IMG/VR virus record: IMGVR_UViG_2671180360_000015
Location: 1 to 20,054 of that record
From: a virus
Lineage: Duplodnaviria > Heunggongvirae > Uroviricota > Caudoviricetes
Length of the DNA: 20,054 nt
Direction: 5' to 3' (one strand)
In this document: piece after piece, positions 17,045 through 20,054 of the stretch
Numbering within the stretch: the first letter of the stretch is position 1
Layout of the letters: each line of letters starts with the position of its first letter
Program-made: the position numbers and the translations under genes
The notes under the pieces: model-generated
Databases searched by the model: none
What the model was told of the DNA's origin: nothing
Seen by the model: only the letters and a program-made list of their open reading frames with translations

Positions 17045-17545
17045 TTAATGCAGATATTGCTCTGGTTTTACCGACGTCAGAATTGTCGGTGCATATTCAA
17101 ACAGACTGAATAATTCACGTAATGCACGGAATAAAGCATCACGCCAGTAACATGACTCTTCATTAATTCGCCAGTATGGCTGGTTGAATTCTTTTTCAGT
17201 CAATCCGGCATGCATAAATAAAGTGCGACGCTGACTGACAGTTAAAAAACTAATATATGCATACTCACTTGCGCCAACCTGACGGCGTTTTGAGAATGCC
17301 CCACGCAATTCATCAATTGCACAAACCAGCCGTTCACGTTCGACGTCGTTCATTTCTTCAAAACGCATCGTTGCGTGACGCTGCTTTAACTGCGCATGAA
17401 AGCAAACCGTTAGCCGTTCGCGCTCCATCATCTGATTATAATAATCACATGTATCCTGCCAGCGAGGGACGGCAAGATGCTTGCCAATTATCCGGCGCAT
17501 AGCTGCTGGCTGTTTTTCAACGAGATTGAGCGTCATCACTGTCAT
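17045..17545 (-). CDS. B: Replication protein gpB
   Basis: 166 aa, matching recalled P2 gpB length; position upstream of A in early operon; ATGA overlap with upstream ORF. Confidence 0.75.
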   Translation of the reverse strand: MTVMTLNLVEKQPAAMRRIIGKHLAVPRWQDTCDYYNQMMERERLTVCFHAQLKQRHATMRFEEMNDVERERLVCAIDELRGAFSKRRQVGASEYAYISFLTVSQRRTLFMHAGLTEKEFNQPYWRINEESCYWRDALFRALRELFSLFEYAPTILTSVKPEQYLH

Positions 17546-17712
17546 TTCCAGACCCTCCGGCTTTTCAGAAAGGTCAGAGCCTTTTTTAACAGACTCTGTT
17601 TTTTGGTGCGGATAATGATTCCCTTGCGTCCCTTCCCGTGGGTGATGGTGAAGTCAATCGCCCTGGGGCTTTCGTTACGCAATAACTGAGCAATACAACG
17701 AGGTTCCTGCAT
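17542..17712 (-). CDS. Hypothetical small basic protein (56 aa)
   Basis: Start MQEPRC preceded by SD CAGGAGGAGTT; stop overlaps B start. Confidence 0.5.
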   Translation of the reverse strand: MQEPRCIAQLLRNESPRAIDFTITHGKGRKGIIIRTKKQSLLKKALTFLKSRRVWK

Positions 17713-17829
17713 AACTCCTCCTGAAACAGAGCCGGTTTTTAGCCATGTCCGGCGCATGGTCTTGTGGTACTATCCAATTGCTTTCACTCCAAATGTAAGC
17801 AAGTAGTTCGTAACACAAGGAATAACGAC

Positions 17830-18006
17830 ATGAATGATTTAGAAAAAACCAAGTTTCTTTTTGAGCAGACCTGTTCAGTCATCGGTGGAGCACTTACTGA
17901 ACAATCAAGAATGCCTCTCCCTGTAGAGGTACGCATCGAGCGGTTGTTTGATGCTGTTTACCCAGTTCTTGAACGAAAGCTCGAAGAAAAACTTGGGAAA
18001 AAATAA
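17830..18006 (+). CDS. Hypothetical small protein (58 aa) convergent to the early operon
   Basis: Start MNDLEKTKF preceded by AAGGAA; possible extended -10 (TGgTACTAT) at 17763..17771; fills a 294-nt stretch with no minus-strand ORF. Confidence 0.4.
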   Translation: MNDLEKTKFLFEQTCSVIGGALTEQSRMPLPVEVRIERLFDAVYPVLERKLEEKLGKK

Positions 18007-18195
18007 TTATTTCTCGTGCTGGTAAAGAAAATCTAAAATTCCCGCGATACAGCTAATTTCTCTGCCGGACAATTGCTTACCTAAACGTCCGGCTTCTTGT
18101 TTCAGAAAGTCACCAGCCCTCACCGACAAATCCAGCATTTCTTGTGGCGTTAATGCCTCGTTATCTGCTGCAATAACACTCTGTTGTTTTCCCAT
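18007..18195 (-). CDS. Hypothetical early protein (62 aa)
   Basis: Start MGKQQ preceded by strong SD AAGGAGGtaatt; immediately downstream of the Cox-like gene. Confidence 0.55.
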   Translation of the reverse strand: MGKQQSVIAADNEALTPQEMLDLSVRAGDFLKQEAGRLGKQLSGREISCIAGILDFLYQHEK

Positions 18196-18205
18196 AATTA
18201 CCTCC

Positions 18206-18562
18206 TTAGGCCGCGTGGCCATGTCTGGATTTGCTGTAACTTATGCGATTCTTCCAGTCATGCCATTCTGTCGGAGCTTCATCGACTAGTTGAGCTGCAT
18301 ATTTGTCCCACTCACGACGATTAATCCATAACTCAGCATGACCGCCCGGCTTTAACGGGTCTGTCATATAGAATGCTGGCAGCTTTCCAGCTCGTGCCAT
18401 TTCAGCCACCGCACGAGGAGTCTTACCGATGTAAAGAGCAAAACCCTCTTTCGACAGTAAATCTGACGGATCCGCAGCCAACTTAATGGAATCACGCTTG
18501 TTTTTTTTAAGAGCAGAAACTTCTTGTCTTTTCTCGTCACAAATTTCAGATCCGACATTCAT
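18206..18562 (-). CDS. cox: Cox-like excisionase / early regulator (118 aa)
   Basis: First gene of the leftward early operon, divergent from C; segment ALYIGKTPRAVAEMARAGKLPAFYMTDP resembles the recalled P2 Cox HTH region; SD GAGGA. Confidence 0.65.
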   Translation of the reverse strand: MNVGSEICDEKRQEVSALKKNKRDSIKLAADPSDLLSKEGFALYIGKTPRAVAEMARAGKLPAFYMTDPLKPGGHAELWINRREWDKYAAQLVDEAPTEWHDWKNRISYSKSRHGHAA

Positions 18563-18665
18563 TTTGCTATCCTCACATTGATGTCAGCGATCTAGAGCGA
18601 TTTAGAGTCGTTAGATGCTGATAAATCATATCAACTATGCAAAAGAATACGAGGTTAGAGAATTT
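18563..18665. promoter_or_regulatory. Immunity switch region (Pe/Pc and operators) between cox-like and C
   Basis: 103-bp region between divergent regulators; three tandem 10-bp imperfect direct repeats at 18586..18615. Confidence 0.55.
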
Positions 18666-18965
18666 ATGTCAACTGACACTAGCGAACGTTTGAAGCTTAT
18701 CCGTGAGTCTGAACGTCTGAAAATGAAGGAGGTAGCTGAACTAGCTGGCATCAACTACACCACATATGCAGGTTATGAATCAGGTAAGGCTATGATGTCC
18801 CTAGAAAATGCTAAGAAGTTTTTTAAAGTAGAAAGGTTCAGAAAATACCGTGACTGGTTCATGTTTGATGAAACTGATCCAGCAGCTGGACAAATAGCCC
18901 CGGCTCTCGCACACATTGGGCAAGACTCAACAATCTTGCACCACTCAGACCAAAAGACTGGCTGA
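18666..18965 (+). CDS. C: P2 C-type immunity repressor
   Basis: Start MSTDTSERLK gives 99 aa as in P2 C; C-terminus GQIAPALAHIGQ...QKTG matches recalled P2 C; HTH-like N-terminal region. Confidence 0.8.
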   Translation: MSTDTSERLKLIRESERLKMKEVAELAGINYTTYAGYESGKAMMSLENAKKFFKVERFRKYRDWFMFDETDPAAGQIAPALAHIGQDSTILHHSDQKTG

Positions 18966-19058
18966 CGATTTATTCAGCATATGTGTGCAGTAAATGTACG
19001 AAAGAAAATTGCATTAATTTTCAAGTAGTAGAAGTAAACAGCGTCATCGGAGGGCTTT

Positions 19059-20054
19059 ATGTCTATTAAAAAGCTCGATGATGGTCGTTATGAAGTGGAC
19101 GTCAGACCGCAGGGTGCAGATGGAAAACGTATCAGGCGGAAATTTAAAACTAAAGGTGAAGCTCAGGCATTCGAACGTCATGTGCTGGTTAATTACCACA
19201 ACAAAGAGTGGTTAGAGAAGCCAGCCGACCGCCGAACTCTTACAGAGTTGTTAGGCAGATGGTGGATATATCACGGAAAATCACATGAGCGTGGAGATAT
19301 TGAACGAGGGCGTTTAACGACAATAATCGCCAAATTTGCAGAAATGGGAGTGTCCAGAGCAGACCAGCTAACAAAGAAAACGATAACTGATTATCGCGTT
19401 GTAATGATGAACGATGGTCTAAAACCAGCCAGCGTAAATCGGCATCTGGCAATAATGAGCGGGATGTTCACCAAGTTAATTGACGCCGGTGAATACCACT
19501 CTCACAACCCGTTCCGTGAGGTTAAGCGGTTACGTGAAGCTGTTACGGAAATGGCTTTTTTGTCCAGTGAAGAGATTACGCGGCTGTTATCCATGCTTGA
19601 TGGCGATGAATTAAATGCAACGCTGGTCTGCCTTTCTACTGGTGGACGTTGGAGTGAAGTGTCTAATTTAAAAGCTGAACACATCATTAACCAGATGGTT
19701 ACGTTTATGAAAACTAAAAACGGAAAGCGCAGGACAATTCCCGTTTCGCAGGACCTGATTAAACGGATCAAGACCAAAAATTCAGGCAGGCTTTTTAATG
19801 CCAGTTACTACAAAGTGCGCAACGCTCTCAGGGAAGTAAAACCCGATTTACCTGACGGACAGGCAGTGCATGTTTTGAGGCATACATTTGCCACACATTT
19901 TATAATGAATGGAGGTAACATAATCACATTGCAGCGCATCCTGGGTCATTCTAACATTCAGCAAACTATGACCTACGCACACTTTGCACCGGATTTCTTA
20001 CAAGATGCAGTGACTCTTAACCCGGTGTCAGGAATGTCCATAATGCGTCCATAA
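19059..20054 (+). CDS. int: Tyrosine integrase (P2 Int family)
   Basis: 331 aa; catalytic signatures TGGRWSE, HVLRHTFATHF and LGHSNIQQTMTYAHF; SD GGAGGG; follows C as in P2; stop coincides with window end. Confidence 0.9.
   Translation: MSIKKLDDGRYEVDVRPQGADGKRIRRKFKTKGEAQAFERHVLVNYHNKEWLEKPADRRTLTELLGRWWIYHGKSHERGDIERGRLTTIIAKFAEMGVSRADQLTKKTITDYRVVMMNDGLKPASVNRHLAIMSGMFTKLIDAGEYHSHNPFREVKRLREAVTEMAFLSSEEITRLLSMLDGDELNATLVCLSTGGRWSEVSNLKAEHIINQMVTFMKTKNGKRRTIPVSQDLIKRIKTKNSGRLFNASYYKVRNALREVKPDLPDGQAVHVLRHTFATHFIMNGGNIITLQRILGHSNIQQTMTYAHFAPDFLQDAVTLNPVSGMSIMRP

Overview
This window is most of a P2-like (Peduovirus-type) prophage from an enterobacterial host, lying inverted relative to the canonical P2 map. 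Reading left to right: baseplate and tail-completion genes J(truncated)-W-V-S-R, the lysis cassette (lysC embedded in lysB, lysA, endolysin K, holin Y), X, L, and the capsid genes M-N-O, all on the minus strand. Terminase ATPase P and portal Q follow on the plus strand, then an intrinsic terminator and the 19-nt P2 cos site (10926..10944). Next comes an AT-rich (~35% GC) two-gene cassette (11105..12770) encoding two unrecognisable membrane proteins. Then the early/replication operon on the minus strand: an ASCH/DUF3850-like gene, replication initiator A, four small ORFs including a TraR/DksA zinc finger, B, small ORFs and a Cox-like gene. The window ends with a P2 C-type repressor and a tyrosine integrase on the plus strand. 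The AT-rich cassette sits exactly where P2 carries old/tin, a known anti-phage defence hotspot, and is the best candidate for an undescribed defence or superinfection-exclusion system. All homology calls rest on recalled P2 protein lengths and motifs read from the ORF translations; no database search was run.
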